From assembly GCA_963815195.1 (NCBI GenBank), contig CAWFGE010000008.1:288001-352000 (forward strand): 64,000 nucleotides of DNA, written 5' to 3'. The DNA is from an uncultured Planctomycetaceae bacterium (GTDB lineage: Bacteria; Planctomycetota; Planctomycetia; Planctomycetales; Planctomycetaceae). The notes under the pieces are model-generated. The model saw only the letters and a program-made list of their open reading frames with translations. It was not told where the DNA came from and did no database searches. Every line of letters begins with the position of its first letter. The stretch's first letter is position 1. Positions 26,872-37,382 of this stretch are shown here, piece after piece. A program made the position numbers and the translations under genes.

Positions 26872-29850
26872 ATGCTCATGCGGGTCCTTGGCTTCGTGTC
26901 TGTGGTTCTGTCGATCGGGTTCGCGGTCCCGGTTCTTCAAGCGGACAAGCCTCAATCCTCCGAGTCGACGGCCCGAGGTCGTGCATCGGCGGATCGGCCC
27001 AACAATCGCGTTTCGTGGACGACTTCCCGGGTGAAAGGTTCCCCCGATCCGCCTCCGCCTTACCGCATTGACAGGGTTTTCCCTCAATTGCACTTTGAAA
27101 ACCCGATTGCCCTCGTTTCCGGCCCCTTGGGACATCGGCTGTTTGTCGCGGAATTGGGGGGGACAATTTATTCCTTTCCATCAAATGGGAGGGATGTTAA
27201 ACCGGAAGTTTGCTTTGCGGGGAATACAGAAATTCCCGGATTAAGGAGACTTTACGGCTTCGCGTTTCATCCGCAATTCCGCAAAAACCGGCTCGTCTAT
27301 CTATGTTACGTCACTAAGGATCAACAGGATACTGGAACGCATGTTTCGTCGTTCCGCATGCGGGACACCGATCCGCCCGCCCTCGATCCCGCCAGCGAGA
27401 CCGTTTTGATCGAGTGGCGGTCCGGCGGGCACAACGGGGGCTGCTTGAAATTCGGCCCCGACGGGTTTCTCTACATCAGCACCGGCGACGCTTCGCCTCC
27501 CAACCCGCCGGACATTTACGCCACCGGGCAGGACTTGAGCGATCTTCTGGCGTCGATTTTGCGGATCGACGTGGACCACAACGATGCGGGGCTCAAATAT
27601 CACATTCCCCAAGACAATCCCTTCGCGGGACAAGCCGGGGTTCGGCCGGAAATTTGGGCGTATGGATTTCGCAACCCGTGGAAGATGAACTTCGACGCCG
27701 ACGGCAACCTGTGGGTCGGCGACGTGGGCTGGGAATTGTGGGAGATGATCTACCGCGTGGAGCGCGGGGGCAACTACGGCTGGAGCGTGATGGAAGGCCC
27801 GCAGCCCGTCCGCACCGAATATCGCCGCGGCCCCACGCCCATCCTGCCGCCCGCCGCCGTCCATTCACACATCGAATCCCGCTCCATCACCGGAGGCTCT
27901 GTCTACCGCGGCCAGGCCCTTCCGAAACTTCGCGGAGCCTACATCTACGGCGACTACGTCACCGGCAAAATTTGGAGCATCCGCTACGATTCCAAAACCA
28001 AAGCGGTGAGCGAACCGCAAGAACTCGTGGACTCGCCGCTGCAAATCATCACCTTCGGCGAAGCAGCCGGCGGCGAGCTTTACATCGTCGATTACCACGG
28101 CGGCATCTACCGCCTCGCCGACAACTCCGGCCGCCAGGCCAACCGCGATTTCCCCACGAAGCTCAGCGAGACCGGCCTGTATCAATCAGTCAAAGCTGAC
28201 AAACCGGCCGCGGGGGTGATTCCGTACTTCATCAACGCCGCGCCCTGGGAAGATGGCGCCGACGCGGAGCGGGTGTTGGCGATTCCCGGTGCACCGACCT
28301 TGGGGCTTTATCAAACCTCCGACGCCCAGATCGGTTATTTGAAAGGCCACTGGGAATATCCGTCGGGCACGGTGTTCGTCAAGACGCTGTCGCTGGAAAT
28401 GGAAGCCGGCCGGCCCGAAACCGCCCGCCGAATCGAAACGCAAATTCTGCACCGCGATGAAGACACCTGGCGGGGCTACACGTTTGAATGGAACGAAGAC
28501 CAGACGGATGCGGCGCTCGTTCCCGCCGATGGCCGGTCGCGAACCTACAAAATCAAAGATGACGCGGCCCCCGGCGGGAAGCGCGAGCAAACCTGGCGTT
28601 TCGCGAGCCGCACGGAATGCCTCGTCTGCCACGTGACGCGGGCGGGCACGGTGCTCGGTTTTCACGTGCCCCAGTTGGACCGCGCGTTGGATCAACAGGG
28701 GGGTTCCCCGAACCAGCTCGAGGCGTTCGTAAAACTCGGCCTGTTTGAAGAACCCTCTTCGGCCCTCAAAAAGCTCAACATCAAACCGGAGCCGGCGTAT
28801 CCCGATCCGCAGGATGCCTCGGCTTCGCTCGATCGGCGGGCTCGGACGTATCTGCAAATCAACTGCGCCCACTGCCATCGCCGGGGCGGCGGGGGGACGG
28901 CTCCGTTTGAACTCTTATCGAGTCTGCCGCTTTCCAAAACCGACGCCCTCGCCGCCCGGCCGACGCAGGGAGCTTTTGACATCTTTGGAGCGGAAGTCAT
29001 CTCGCCCGGTGATCCGTATCGTTCGGTGCTCTACTACCGCATGGCCACTCTCGGCAAAGGGCACATGCCCCACATCGGTTCGCAGCGCATCGATCGGCGC
29101 GGGCTTGGACTGATTCACGATTGGATTGCTTCACTTCCCCCCCAGTCAAATCGGGACAACAGCGACGGCGTCCGGCAGCGATTGCGAACAGCCGACGAAA
29201 AGGCAATCGCCCAATTGCCCAGCCAGAAAAGCCTCGATCATCTGCTCGGTTCCACCAGCGGGGCATTGATGCTGATGCACAGGACCGATCTGGATGACAA
29301 GGAAGTCCTCAAACTCGCTGCGGAAACGTCGGCTCCGATTCGCGGGTTGTTCGAGCGGTTCCTGCCGCCGGACCAGCGAACGAAGCAGTTGGGCACGTCG
29401 GTGAAGGCGGAAGAGATTTTGGCCCTCAATGGCAGCGCCGATCGGGGCCGGCAGTTGTTTCTCACCGGAGAGGGCGTCCAATGCCGAAACTGCCACCAGG
29501 TCGGGAGCGCCGGCAAAGAACTCGGCCCGAAATTCGACGAGATTGCGAAGCGGCTCTCGCCAAAGGACCTCTTAGAGAGTATTCTGGAACCGTCCAGGAA
29601 AATCGATCCCAAGTACGTCTCCTACCTGTTGGAGACGTCCCAAGGGCAGGTGCATTCGGGGCTCTTGGTGAAGCGGTCGGCGGACGAAGTCGTGCTCAAG
29701 GATGCCGCCGGGAAAACATTGACAATTCCCGCCGCCCAGGTCGAGCAACTGGTCCCGCAGCAGAAATCGATCATGCCGGAGCTCTTGCTCCGCGACCTGA
29801 CCGCCGAGCAAGTCGCGGATCTTTTGGCGTTTCTCAACGCATTGAAATAG
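26872..29850 (+). CDS. PQQ-dependent sugar dehydrogenase (GSDH-like) fused to cytochrome c domains
   Basis: HNGGCLKFGPDGFLYISTGD, EIWAYGFRNPW, VGDVG, GGNYGW; three CxxCH motifs (CLVCH, CAHCH, CRNCH). Confidence 0.88.
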   Translation: MLMRVLGFVSVVLSIGFAVPVLQADKPQSSESTARGRASADRPNNRVSWTTSRVKGSPDPPPPYRIDRVFPQLHFENPIALVSGPLGHRLFVAELGGTIYSFPSNGRDVKPEVCFAGNTEIPGLRRLYGFAFHPQFRKNRLVYLCYVTKDQQDTGTHVSSFRMRDTDPPALDPASETVLIEWRSGGHNGGCLKFGPDGFLYISTGDASPPNPPDIYATGQDLSDLLASILRIDVDHNDAGLKYHIPQDNPFAGQAGVRPEIWAYGFRNPWKMNFDADGNLWVGDVGWELWEMIYRVERGGNYGWSVMEGPQPVRTEYRRGPTPILPPAAVHSHIESRSITGGSVYRGQALPKLRGAYIYGDYVTGKIWSIRYDSKTKAVSEPQELVDSPLQIITFGEAAGGELYIVDYHGGIYRLADNSGRQANRDFPTKLSETGLYQSVKADKPAAGVIPYFINAAPWEDGADAERVLAIPGAPTLGLYQTSDAQIGYLKGHWEYPSGTVFVKTLSLEMEAGRPETARRIETQILHRDEDTWRGYTFEWNEDQTDAALVPADGRSRTYKIKDDAAPGGKREQTWRFASRTECLVCHVTRAGTVLGFHVPQLDRALDQQGGSPNQLEAFVKLGLFEEPSSALKKLNIKPEPAYPDPQDASASLDRRARTYLQINCAHCHRRGGGGTAPFELLSSLPLSKTDALAARPTQGAFDIFGAEVISPGDPYRSVLYYRMATLGKGHMPHIGSQRIDRRGLGLIHDWIASLPPQSNRDNSDGVRQRLRTADEKAIAQLPSQKSLDHLLGSTSGALMLMHRTDLDDKEVLKLAAETSAPIRGLFERFLPPDQRTKQLGTSVKAEEILALNGSADRGRQLFLTGEGVQCRNCHQVGSAGKELGPKFDEIAKRLSPKDLLESILEPSRKIDPKYVSYLLETSQGQVHSGLLVKRSADEVVLKDAAGKTLTIPAAQVEQLVPQQKSIMPELLLRDLTAEQVADLLAFLNALK

Positions 29851-29930
29851 GTTGACAGTTTTGGCGAGCCGAGGCCGCGCCAGCGGCCGGGTGATAACAG
29901 TTTTGAATTTTCAGTTTGCGGTTTTAAATA

Positions 29931-31505
29931 ATGGATGAGTGGTTTTACAAAGCGTTTGGCGAAGAACACGGACCGGTTTCGTTTGGCCGATTGCAGGAGA
30001 TGGCTCTGAAAAACCAGCTTTCCCCGCAGGACCAGGTGCGGACTGCGGAATGGAAAGAATTCGTCGCGGCCCGCACGGTGCCGCAGTTGTTCCCCAAGCA
30101 TCGGCTGGAAGACGAAGCCCACGCCGCGGAGGAAATTGACGACCTGGATTTCGCGAGCATCGAATTGTCCGACGGCAATAAAGAAAGCGAATTGAGCAGC
30201 CTGGACGACTTGGACATTCAGGTGTCCGATGCGCCCACCGCCGCCAAAGTTTCCGGCCCCGTGGATGCCTATGGCTCGGTGATTGAGGAACAGCATTCGC
30301 CGCGTGAATCGGAATTCGCGAGTCTGGACGATTTGGACATCCAGATTTCGAACGCCCCGAGCGCGGGCCAATCCTCCGGGTCGATGGGTGCGTATGGCGC
30401 GCCCATCACAAAGACCGTGGAAGCACAATACATCTGCCTGGCGCTGGGCCACGAACTCGGCCCGATGCCTTTCGAAGACCTGCGGATGATGGCCCGCAAA
30501 GGGGAACTCGGCCTGGACGACGACGTTCGCCGGGAGGATGAAACCGAATGGCGGCCGGCGCGAACTGTTGACGGCTTGTTCCCGGGGTTTCAATACATGC
30601 CGGCCCCGGAGTCCGACGCCGCGGTCAGGATACCCGCATCGGAAGTTCCCGCCGCTCCGCCCGTGGAAGCACCGCCGCCCAAGCCGCAGACCGCAGGGTC
30701 CAACGGCCGGTCCGCCGCCAAGCCTGCGGAGAAACATCCTGAGAAACCCGCGGCTCGGAAACGCGCGAAGAAAAAACGCGCCGCAAAAGAAAAAAAAGAA
30801 GACCTCCAAAAATGGCTCTCGGATGAAGTTCCTTCCGCACCGGAAATACCGGCGGAGCCCGAACCGCAACCGGAGCCGGCGTCCCCACCCGCCGAGGAAG
30901 CAGCGCCCGCACCGGCTGCGGACACACCGAATCCGGCCGCGGCCTACCAGGCCCGCATGGCCGAACTCGCCCGCCAGCAATCCGTCGCCAAAACCCCCGC
31001 CGCCAAAGCCAAGGTGCAGGGCCCTTCGATGGGGGAACGAATCTCCGGCCTCGGGGAAAAGCTCAAAGGGAACCCCATCGCGTTGGGGATCTTCGTCGTG
31101 TTGGCGCTGGTGTTGATCGTCAAATACGTCCCCTGGCCGTTCGGCGCCGGGAATCAAGTCTTTTTCGATGAGATCACAACCATCGGCAGCGGTGTCAAGG
31201 AACTGCGGACGAAAAATGCCGGCCAGTCGCAAATCGACACTTACAAACGGCAAGTCATGCCCCGACTCGACGCCCTGGAACAGGAATTAAAAGATGCTGG
31301 TGCGGGATCAAAGGATCGACCGAAGCAGGAAATGCTCTGGGCCGTCGGAAATCTGAAAACCATCCTTGAAGGCGGCAAGCTCCCGAAGGAACCGACGCAA
31401 ACCGAGAAGCTTTACGACAGCCAAATGGCGACCGCGAAGGACTTGATGGAGGGAAAAACTCCCCAACCGCCCCCTCCGGCCACACCGGCTTCCAACGAGC
31501 CATAA
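29931..31505 (+). CDS. Double GYF (DUF4339) domain membrane protein
   Basis: WFYKAFGEEHGPVSFGRLQEMA and LGHELGPMPFEDLRMMARKGEL; Pro-rich linker; one TM. Confidence 0.8.
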   Translation: MDEWFYKAFGEEHGPVSFGRLQEMALKNQLSPQDQVRTAEWKEFVAARTVPQLFPKHRLEDEAHAAEEIDDLDFASIELSDGNKESELSSLDDLDIQVSDAPTAAKVSGPVDAYGSVIEEQHSPRESEFASLDDLDIQISNAPSAGQSSGSMGAYGAPITKTVEAQYICLALGHELGPMPFEDLRMMARKGELGLDDDVRREDETEWRPARTVDGLFPGFQYMPAPESDAAVRIPASEVPAAPPVEAPPPKPQTAGSNGRSAAKPAEKHPEKPAARKRAKKKRAAKEKKEDLQKWLSDEVPSAPEIPAEPEPQPEPASPPAEEAAPAPAADTPNPAAAYQARMAELARQQSVAKTPAAKAKVQGPSMGERISGLGEKLKGNPIALGIFVVLALVLIVKYVPWPFGAGNQVFFDEITTIGSGVKELRTKNAGQSQIDTYKRQVMPRLDALEQELKDAGAGSKDRPKQEMLWAVGNLKTILEGGKLPKEPTQTEKLYDSQMATAKDLMEGKTPQPPPPATPASNEP

Positions 31506-31548
31506 ACAAACATCCAGAATCAAATCCGATCTCGAGCCCCTCTCCCGG

Positions 31549-31576
31549 TTGACGCCTCCATCTCGAACCGTAGAAT
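31549..31576 (+). promoter_or_regulatory. Putative sigma70 promoter
   Basis: TTGACG-16 nt-TAGAAT, ~200 nt upstream of the GT2 gene. Confidence 0.4.
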
Positions 31577-31777
31577 GACTGCGCGTTTCGCCTCGTCACC
31601 GATAACCGATTTTTGTTCATATAATTGGGCGAGCGAAGCGATTGTGATTATCCGGGCGGCGGGGCCAACCGAAACCGGCTTTGCGATATAACCTCTTAGG
31701 TTTCTTGAGCTTTTGGCTATCATCGAATCCGTCCCGCCGCGGAATGTGTTTTCTCCTTTGCGAGTGCTGACTCAATC

Positions 31778-32536
31778 ATGTCTTACCGTTTGCTGACCGC
31801 CCTGCCTGTGTACAACGAGGCAAATCATGTGGCGGATGTGCTCCGCGAAGTCACCCGGCACGCGGATGAGTTGTTGGTCGTCGATGATGGATCGGCCGAC
31901 GAGACGCCCCAAATCCTGAAGGATCAACAGAAGCTCTACGGCCGCAAGGTGTTGCAAATCCAACGCCACCGCAAAAATCAGGGATACGGGGCGGCCCTCA
32001 AGACGGCTTTCGAGTTCGCCCAGAAAAACGGCTACGATGTGCTCGTGACCATCGACTGCGACGGACAGCACGAGCCCAAGTGGATTCCCGCCATTGCCGA
32101 CGCGATCTATTCGCCCGAAGCCGAGGCCCCGTATGATCTTGTGTCGGGCAGCCGGTATCTGAAGCCATTCAAAGGCGACAGCAAGCCGCCCGCCGACCGC
32201 CGGCGGATCAACCGGGAGATCACGCAGATTCTCAACTGTCGTCTGGGGCTCGACCTCACGGACGCGTTTTGCGGCTTCAAATCCTACCGGGTCGAAACGT
32301 TGTCGGCGTTCGAGATCACGGAACTGGGCTATGCGATGCCGCTCCAACTTTGGGTGCAAGCGGTCGCGGCGGGGCTCAGGATCACGGAGTTTCCCGTGCC
32401 GCTGGTGTATCTGGAAGAGGAACGCTCTTTCGGCGGCTCGTTGGATGATGCCGAGCGGCGGATGGCGTATTATGAAGAAGTCCTCGACCGCGAACTGGCC
32501 GCCGCCATGCCCGAGGCCTTCGGCTGCCGGCGTTAA
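31778..32536 (+). CDS. Glycosyltransferase family 2 (polyprenol-phosphate glycosyltransferase-like)
   Basis: LPVYNE, VVDDGSAD, NQGYGAAL, TIDCDGQH, VSGSRY, TDAFCGFK. Confidence 0.9.
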   Translation: MSYRLLTALPVYNEANHVADVLREVTRHADELLVVDDGSADETPQILKDQQKLYGRKVLQIQRHRKNQGYGAALKTAFEFAQKNGYDVLVTIDCDGQHEPKWIPAIADAIYSPEAEAPYDLVSGSRYLKPFKGDSKPPADRRRINREITQILNCRLGLDLTDAFCGFKSYRVETLSAFEITELGYAMPLQLWVQAVAAGLRITEFPVPLVYLEEERSFGGSLDDAERRMAYYEEVLDRELAAAMPEAFGCRR

Positions 32537-32562
32537 AGACATCTTCAGAAAGACTGCCGCTT

Positions 32563-34337
32563 GTGAATCCCGCCGCTGACTTGTCGGACTGTCCGTCCTC
32601 AGACACCACCCACCAATCGTGGAAAACCAGCGAAAGCTTTGCCCAAGCCGAGGCGGCGCACAATCTGTCGGTCCACGAAGCCCCGTGGGTCAAGACCCGG
32701 CTTCGCATTCCGCGCGGGGATGAGATCATTTTCGCCCGGCCGGATTTGCCCGAGACGCCGGACCTCGCGCGGTCCAATCGCGATTTGCTCACCGGAGCGG
32801 CCGTCGAAATCCAGGGCCGATCGCTCGCGGAACTTCGCCAATCGGCCCGGCGGGAGGTGCTCGAACTGGCGCGGCAGTACACCGCGGATCTGTCGGGCGA
32901 AGCGGTGGAAATCGACGCCGCTCCCGAACTCCTGTTTTGCAGCGGGCATCAGCCGTCGCTGTTTCATCCCGGCGTGTGGATCAAGAATTTTGTGATCGAC
33001 GCGTTGGCCCATTACGCGGGGGGAACGGCACTCAATCTGGTGATCGACAACGATACCGTGGGCAGCCGGCAACTCCGCGTGCCCGCGGGCGACCGAGAAC
33101 ATCCCGCCACCGACCGCATCGCGTTCGACGATCCCCTGCCCGCGCTGCCTTGGGAAGACGCCGTCATCACGAATGTAAAGACGTTTGAACGGTTCGGGGA
33201 AGAAGCCGGCGCCGCGATGGAGCGGTGGAACATCGACCCGCTTTTGTCGTCGATGTGGCCCGACGCCGTTTCCGAGGCCCGGCGTTCGTCTTCGCTGCGG
33301 GACGCGTTCACCGCCGCCCGCATGAAGCAGGAACGCCGCTGGGGGCTGTCGAATCTGGAAATTCCCTTGAGTCGGGTCTCGGAAACGGATTCGTTTCTGT
33401 GGTTCGTCGCCGCGGTTTTGACCCGGCTCCCCAAGTTTTGGGAAATCTATAACACGGTCCTCGCGGAGTTTCGGCAGGTCAACCGCGTCCGCAGCCAAAC
33501 CCACCCGGTGCCCGCGCTCGCGGAGAATGACGGCTGGTACGAAGCCCCGTTCTGGGTCTGGTCGGAAGGCGACGCGAAACGGCTCCGCGTGATGGCGAAG
33601 GCGTGCAGCCGGGAAGTGCGACTGTCGGACGGGCGGGAGATTTTCGCCCGCCTGCCGATTTCCGCCGCGGGCGATGTCCGAGCCGCCGTGGATGTGCTCA
33701 AGCAACTGCCCGAGCGGGGCATTCGCTTCCGCACGCGGGCTTTGACGACCACATTGTTTGCGCGGTTGTGTCTCGCGGATTTGTTCGTGCACGGCATCGG
33801 CGGGGCGAAGTACGACGAGATGACCGACCGCCTGATCGCCCGGTTTTTCGGCCTCTCTGCGCGGGATTTCTGACGCTGTCCTCGACCGTGCATCTACCCT
33901 TGGGCGGACCTTTCCACGCGACCGCGGAGGAAGAGCAGCGTCTTCGGCACGAGCTCCGGGATTTGGATTATAATCCCGAACGCCATGTGCCCCGCGGAGC
34001 CAAACCGGATTGGGACGCTTTGATCGCGGAGAAGCAATCCCTGATCGTCGAGCAGCACGCCGCCGGCTCGCAGACAGGTTTAAGCCATGCCGAGCGCCGC
34101 CGCCGCAGCCGCGAAAACCATCACCGCTATCAAAGGCTGAAAACCATCACCGCGGAACTCGCCGCCCACACCGAACAACCGCGCCGGCTCTTGGAAGCCG
34201 AACTCGCCACGGTTCGGCAGCACCTCGCCGCGAATGCCATTCTCGGCGACCGCGAGTTCTCCTTCAGCCTGTATCCCGAGGAAAAACTCCACCCGTTCCT
34301 CGCCGGCCTCGGTTCGAGAATCGCTGCCAAGAGTTGA
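32563..34337 (+). CDS. Conserved protein, possibly BshC-like (frameshift ~33865)
   Basis: SGHQPSLFHPGVWIKNF, NLVIDND, RTRALTTTLFARL, LFVHGIGGAKYD; continues in a shifted frame to DREFSFSLYPE. Confidence 0.6.
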
Positions 34338-34367
34338 GCGGTTCGATCGGGCCGGGTGATGTTTCAC

Positions 34368-34401
34368 CCCTCGTTCCCAAGCTGGAGCTTGGGAACGAGG
34401 G
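34368..34401. repeat. Perfect palindrome (REP-like)
   Basis: CCCTCGTTCCCAAGCT-GG-AGCTTGGGAACGAGGG. Confidence 0.8.
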
Positions 34402-34598
34402 AGAATCGCTTCGCACTGAGCCGACGGGTTCCACGGCCGGGCGACGTTTCTTCCGGACATCCGGGCGTTTCGGCATGGCATCTGCGTTTGTTTCCTACGC
34501 GGGCCAATCCGCTTCGTTTCTGTTGACGTGGGGCAACATCCCTCTGGGAATGTCGCGATTCGGCAACAGCGAACGCTCCGAATGCAATGGGTTTGCCG

Positions 34599-34952
34599 AT
34601 GATGAAACCGACGACCAAAACCAACCGGCGAGCGGGGAGCGTGAGCCCCCTGGTTCTGTGGGCCGCAAAATTCCTTCCCTTACTGGCACTCGCCTTCCTG
34701 TTATCCGCCGAGACCGCGCAGGCACAAGATTGGATGTTCCGCCGCTCGTACTACAGCCACGCTTATCCTCCCGAATATTACGCCCAGTTTCCGCCGCCCG
34801 ACCGCCGGACCGCGTACCGCCCCGCCTTCCGCGCGACCACGCCCGGGTTTGGCATTCGCGGCGTTTACCGCTATAACCGAATTCAGTTGGGGCAGGGGCA
34901 GAATTCCGACATCACCCTCTATCGCCAAGGCTGGTTTGAAGTCCAACCGTAA
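34599..34952 (+). CDS. Small secreted hypothetical protein
   Basis: Signal peptide ending AQA; WMFRRSYYSH aromatic-rich block. Start uncertain. Confidence 0.65.
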   Translation: MMKPTTKTNRRAGSVSPLVLWAAKFLPLLALAFLLSAETAQAQDWMFRRSYYSHAYPPEYYAQFPPPDRRTAYRPAFRATTPGFGIRGVYRYNRIQLGQGQNSDITLYRQGWFEVQP

Positions 34953-35027
34953 GGAAACCAAGAGGACCGGGACACGCCGCTCCGCTCTCTAAAGAACTGA
35001 ATACCGGATACGAAAAACGATAATCCC

Positions 35028-35756
35028 ATGTGGAGCGAAACGGAGATCGAAGGCAAGTCGGCGGACGTTTACGAACCCCGGCAACCCGCGGCGGAGCCTC
35101 GCGTGGTTTTGTTTCTGCACGGGCACGGGCGAGAACGGCTCCGCGACAATCCCGTGTTCACGCGGGAATTCGATCGCCACGGCCTCACCGTCGTCTGCCC
35201 CGAAGGGAAGCGCTCGTGGTGGGTGGACGAACTCTGTGCCGAGTTTGATCCCGCCGTCACGCCGCTTGCGTTTCTGCGCGACAAGGTCGTGCCGTTCATC
35301 GAAGAACGATTGGGGGCCTGTCCTCCGGCGATCGGGCTCTTGGGCGTAAGCATGGGTGGCCAGGGGGTGCTCCAGTTGGCGTACCGCGAGGCCCGGCGGT
35401 TTCCCGTGGTGGCGGCGATTTCGCCCGCGATCGATTTTTACCGCTGTTGGGGGCAGGGACTGCCGTTGGATGAGATATTCCCCTCCGCCGAGGACGCCCG
35501 CCAGGCGACCGCGATTCTCAAAATCCATCCGCTCGCCTGGCCTAAACACCAACTCCTGGTTTGCGATCCGCGGGATGAATATTGGTTCGAAAGCTCCGAG
35601 CGATTGACGCTCAAACTGCATTCCAGCGGGATCCCTTTCGAGTCGGATTTTCAAACTTCCGCAGGCGGCCATAGCTGGAAGTACTTCAACAAGATGGCCG
35701 AGCCGGTGGTGAAATTCCTCGCCGACCGCCTCGAGCAGGAAAGCCAGCGGCTGTGA
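35028..35756 (+). CDS. Esterase (alpha/beta hydrolase)
   Basis: VLFLHG, GLLGVSMGGQG, GGHSWKYF. Confidence 0.88.
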   Translation: MWSETEIEGKSADVYEPRQPAAEPRVVLFLHGHGRERLRDNPVFTREFDRHGLTVVCPEGKRSWWVDELCAEFDPAVTPLAFLRDKVVPFIEERLGACPPAIGLLGVSMGGQGVLQLAYREARRFPVVAAISPAIDFYRCWGQGLPLDEIFPSAEDARQATAILKIHPLAWPKHQLLVCDPRDEYWFESSERLTLKLHSSGIPFESDFQTSAGGHSWKYFNKMAEPVVKFLADRLEQESQRL

Positions 35757-35846
35757 ATGGCCGAGTCGCTTGTGCCCGCTCCGCCCGTGTGTTACGACCG
35801 ATACAGGACAACTCAAACGACACAAACCGCGGTTGGAATAGATCAC

Positions 35847-36905
35847 ATGACGGACAAGACGAACAAATCCCTCGCCCACCGCGTTTGCGCATTGCTGTGG
35901 GGTGCGACTTTGATGAGCGTTCTGGGATGCGGCGAAGAGCCGAAACCGGAATCCGCTGCCGGCTCGACAAACACGCGGTCTTCGCTGGACCGCGTGGCTC
36001 CCGTGGACTCGGCTCCCGAGGACATCGAAGCCGATCTGCGGGAAAAGCTGGGGGCCAACCAGAAAGCCTCGTTCCAGCAAAAAGACGGCCGGATCAACGT
36101 GGCCGTGCTGGGCGATTCCGGCGTGAAGGACCTGGCTCCGCTCAAAGGATTGAAGCTCGAGATCCTGCAAATCGCGCGATTGCCCATCTCCGATTTGTCG
36201 CCTTTGGAGGGCATGCCCCTCGAATTTCTGGAAGCCCCGATCACCAACGTGAAGGACCTGTCGCCGCTCCGGGGCATGCCGCTGAAGTTTCTGGACTTAA
36301 GGCACACGCGGGTGGAAGATCTTTCGCCGCTCAAGGGGAGGACCACTCTGCGGGAACTCTATCTTGAAGAAACCCGCGTGACCGATTTGAGTCCGCTCCA
36401 AGGGATTCCGCTTCAAAAACTGTATCTCAGCAAGACGTCGGTCCGCGATCTCTCGCCGCTGGCGGGCATGAATCTCGAGGAATTGAACCTGGTGGGCACG
36501 GAGCTCGAGTCGATCGAGGGCTTGGAGACCGCCGGCTTGGGCACGCTGTGGCTCAACGAGACCCAGGTGAAGTCCTTGGCACCGTTGACCGGCAAGCCGA
36601 TGGTCAGCCTGGATGTGACGGACACCCCGATTTCCGATCTGGGTCCGTTACATGGAATGTCTTCGCTTCGGCGGCTGAACATCATCGGTACCGAGGTGAC
36701 GGATCTCACGCCGTTGGCGGGGTTGTCGCTGGATCGGCTGCTGTTTACGCCGCAAAACATCACGAAAGGCATCGAGGTCGTCCGCAACATGCCGTCGCTT
36801 AAGGAACTCGATACGACGTTCCGCGAGCCGAAGCGCCTCACCCCCGACGCGTTTTGGCGGCAATACGACCAAGGCGCGTTCCGCGCCCCACCGGAGAAGC
36901 CTTAA
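35847..36905 (+). CDS. Leucine-rich repeat lipoprotein (internalin-like)
   Basis: Lipobox VLGC; ~10 repeats of the type V.DLSPL.GMPL..L.L..T. Confidence 0.85.
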   Translation: MTDKTNKSLAHRVCALLWGATLMSVLGCGEEPKPESAAGSTNTRSSLDRVAPVDSAPEDIEADLREKLGANQKASFQQKDGRINVAVLGDSGVKDLAPLKGLKLEILQIARLPISDLSPLEGMPLEFLEAPITNVKDLSPLRGMPLKFLDLRHTRVEDLSPLKGRTTLRELYLEETRVTDLSPLQGIPLQKLYLSKTSVRDLSPLAGMNLEELNLVGTELESIEGLETAGLGTLWLNETQVKSLAPLTGKPMVSLDVTDTPISDLGPLHGMSSLRRLNIIGTEVTDLTPLAGLSLDRLLFTPQNITKGIEVVRNMPSLKELDTTFREPKRLTPDAFWRQYDQGAFRAPPEKP

Positions 36906-36922
36906 ATCATTGGAATCGGCCC

Positions 36923-37246
36923 TTAGTGGACCGGATGTTCGATGGGGAACTCGTCGGAGGGCGACTCTGAGGTTTCCGCGTCCTCCGAAATCGCATCGTC
37001 TTCCGTCCCCTCGGTCGATTCATCATACGATGCATTGAACAATCGCTCCCCGACGTGGAAATGCAGATACCGCGAGTCCACGACGCGGCACTCGATCTGG
37101 CAGCCCGCCTGCCGGAGGATTTCCAAGTCCCGCCACAACGTGCGAACCGTCACCCCCAACTCCCGGGCGGCGGTCTGGAGATGCAGACCATCCGCGGCGA
37201 GGCGGTTATCGAGCGCAATCAACCTTGGGAGACGCTTGGTGTCCAT
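36923..37246 (-). CDS. Stand-alone HTH protein resembling the N-terminus of WYL/YafY regulators
   Basis: RLPRLIALDNRL...AARELGVTVRTLWRDLEILRQAG; acidic tail; no WYL domain. Confidence 0.7.
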   Translation of the reverse strand: MDTKRLPRLIALDNRLAADGLHLQTAARELGVTVRTLWRDLEILRQAGCQIECRVVDSRYLHFHVGERLFNASYDESTEGTEDDAISEDAETSESPSDEFPIEHPVH

Positions 37247-37382
37247 ACCACTTTAGTCGTTGCCGGGCGGAGGAACCGGGCAAGAATTTTCCAAGTTTTC
37301 CGCCCGAGCCGCGCAATCGATGCAACCCCAATGGATTCAAGCGTTTAGAACTGGGGTCAATTCGGCTGGATATAGTCAAACG

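Noticed and set aside
31577..31777. Leader of the GT2 gene as 6S RNA or riboswitch
   Set aside because: Two hairpins are visible, but no recognisable consensus; not supportable without a covariance search.
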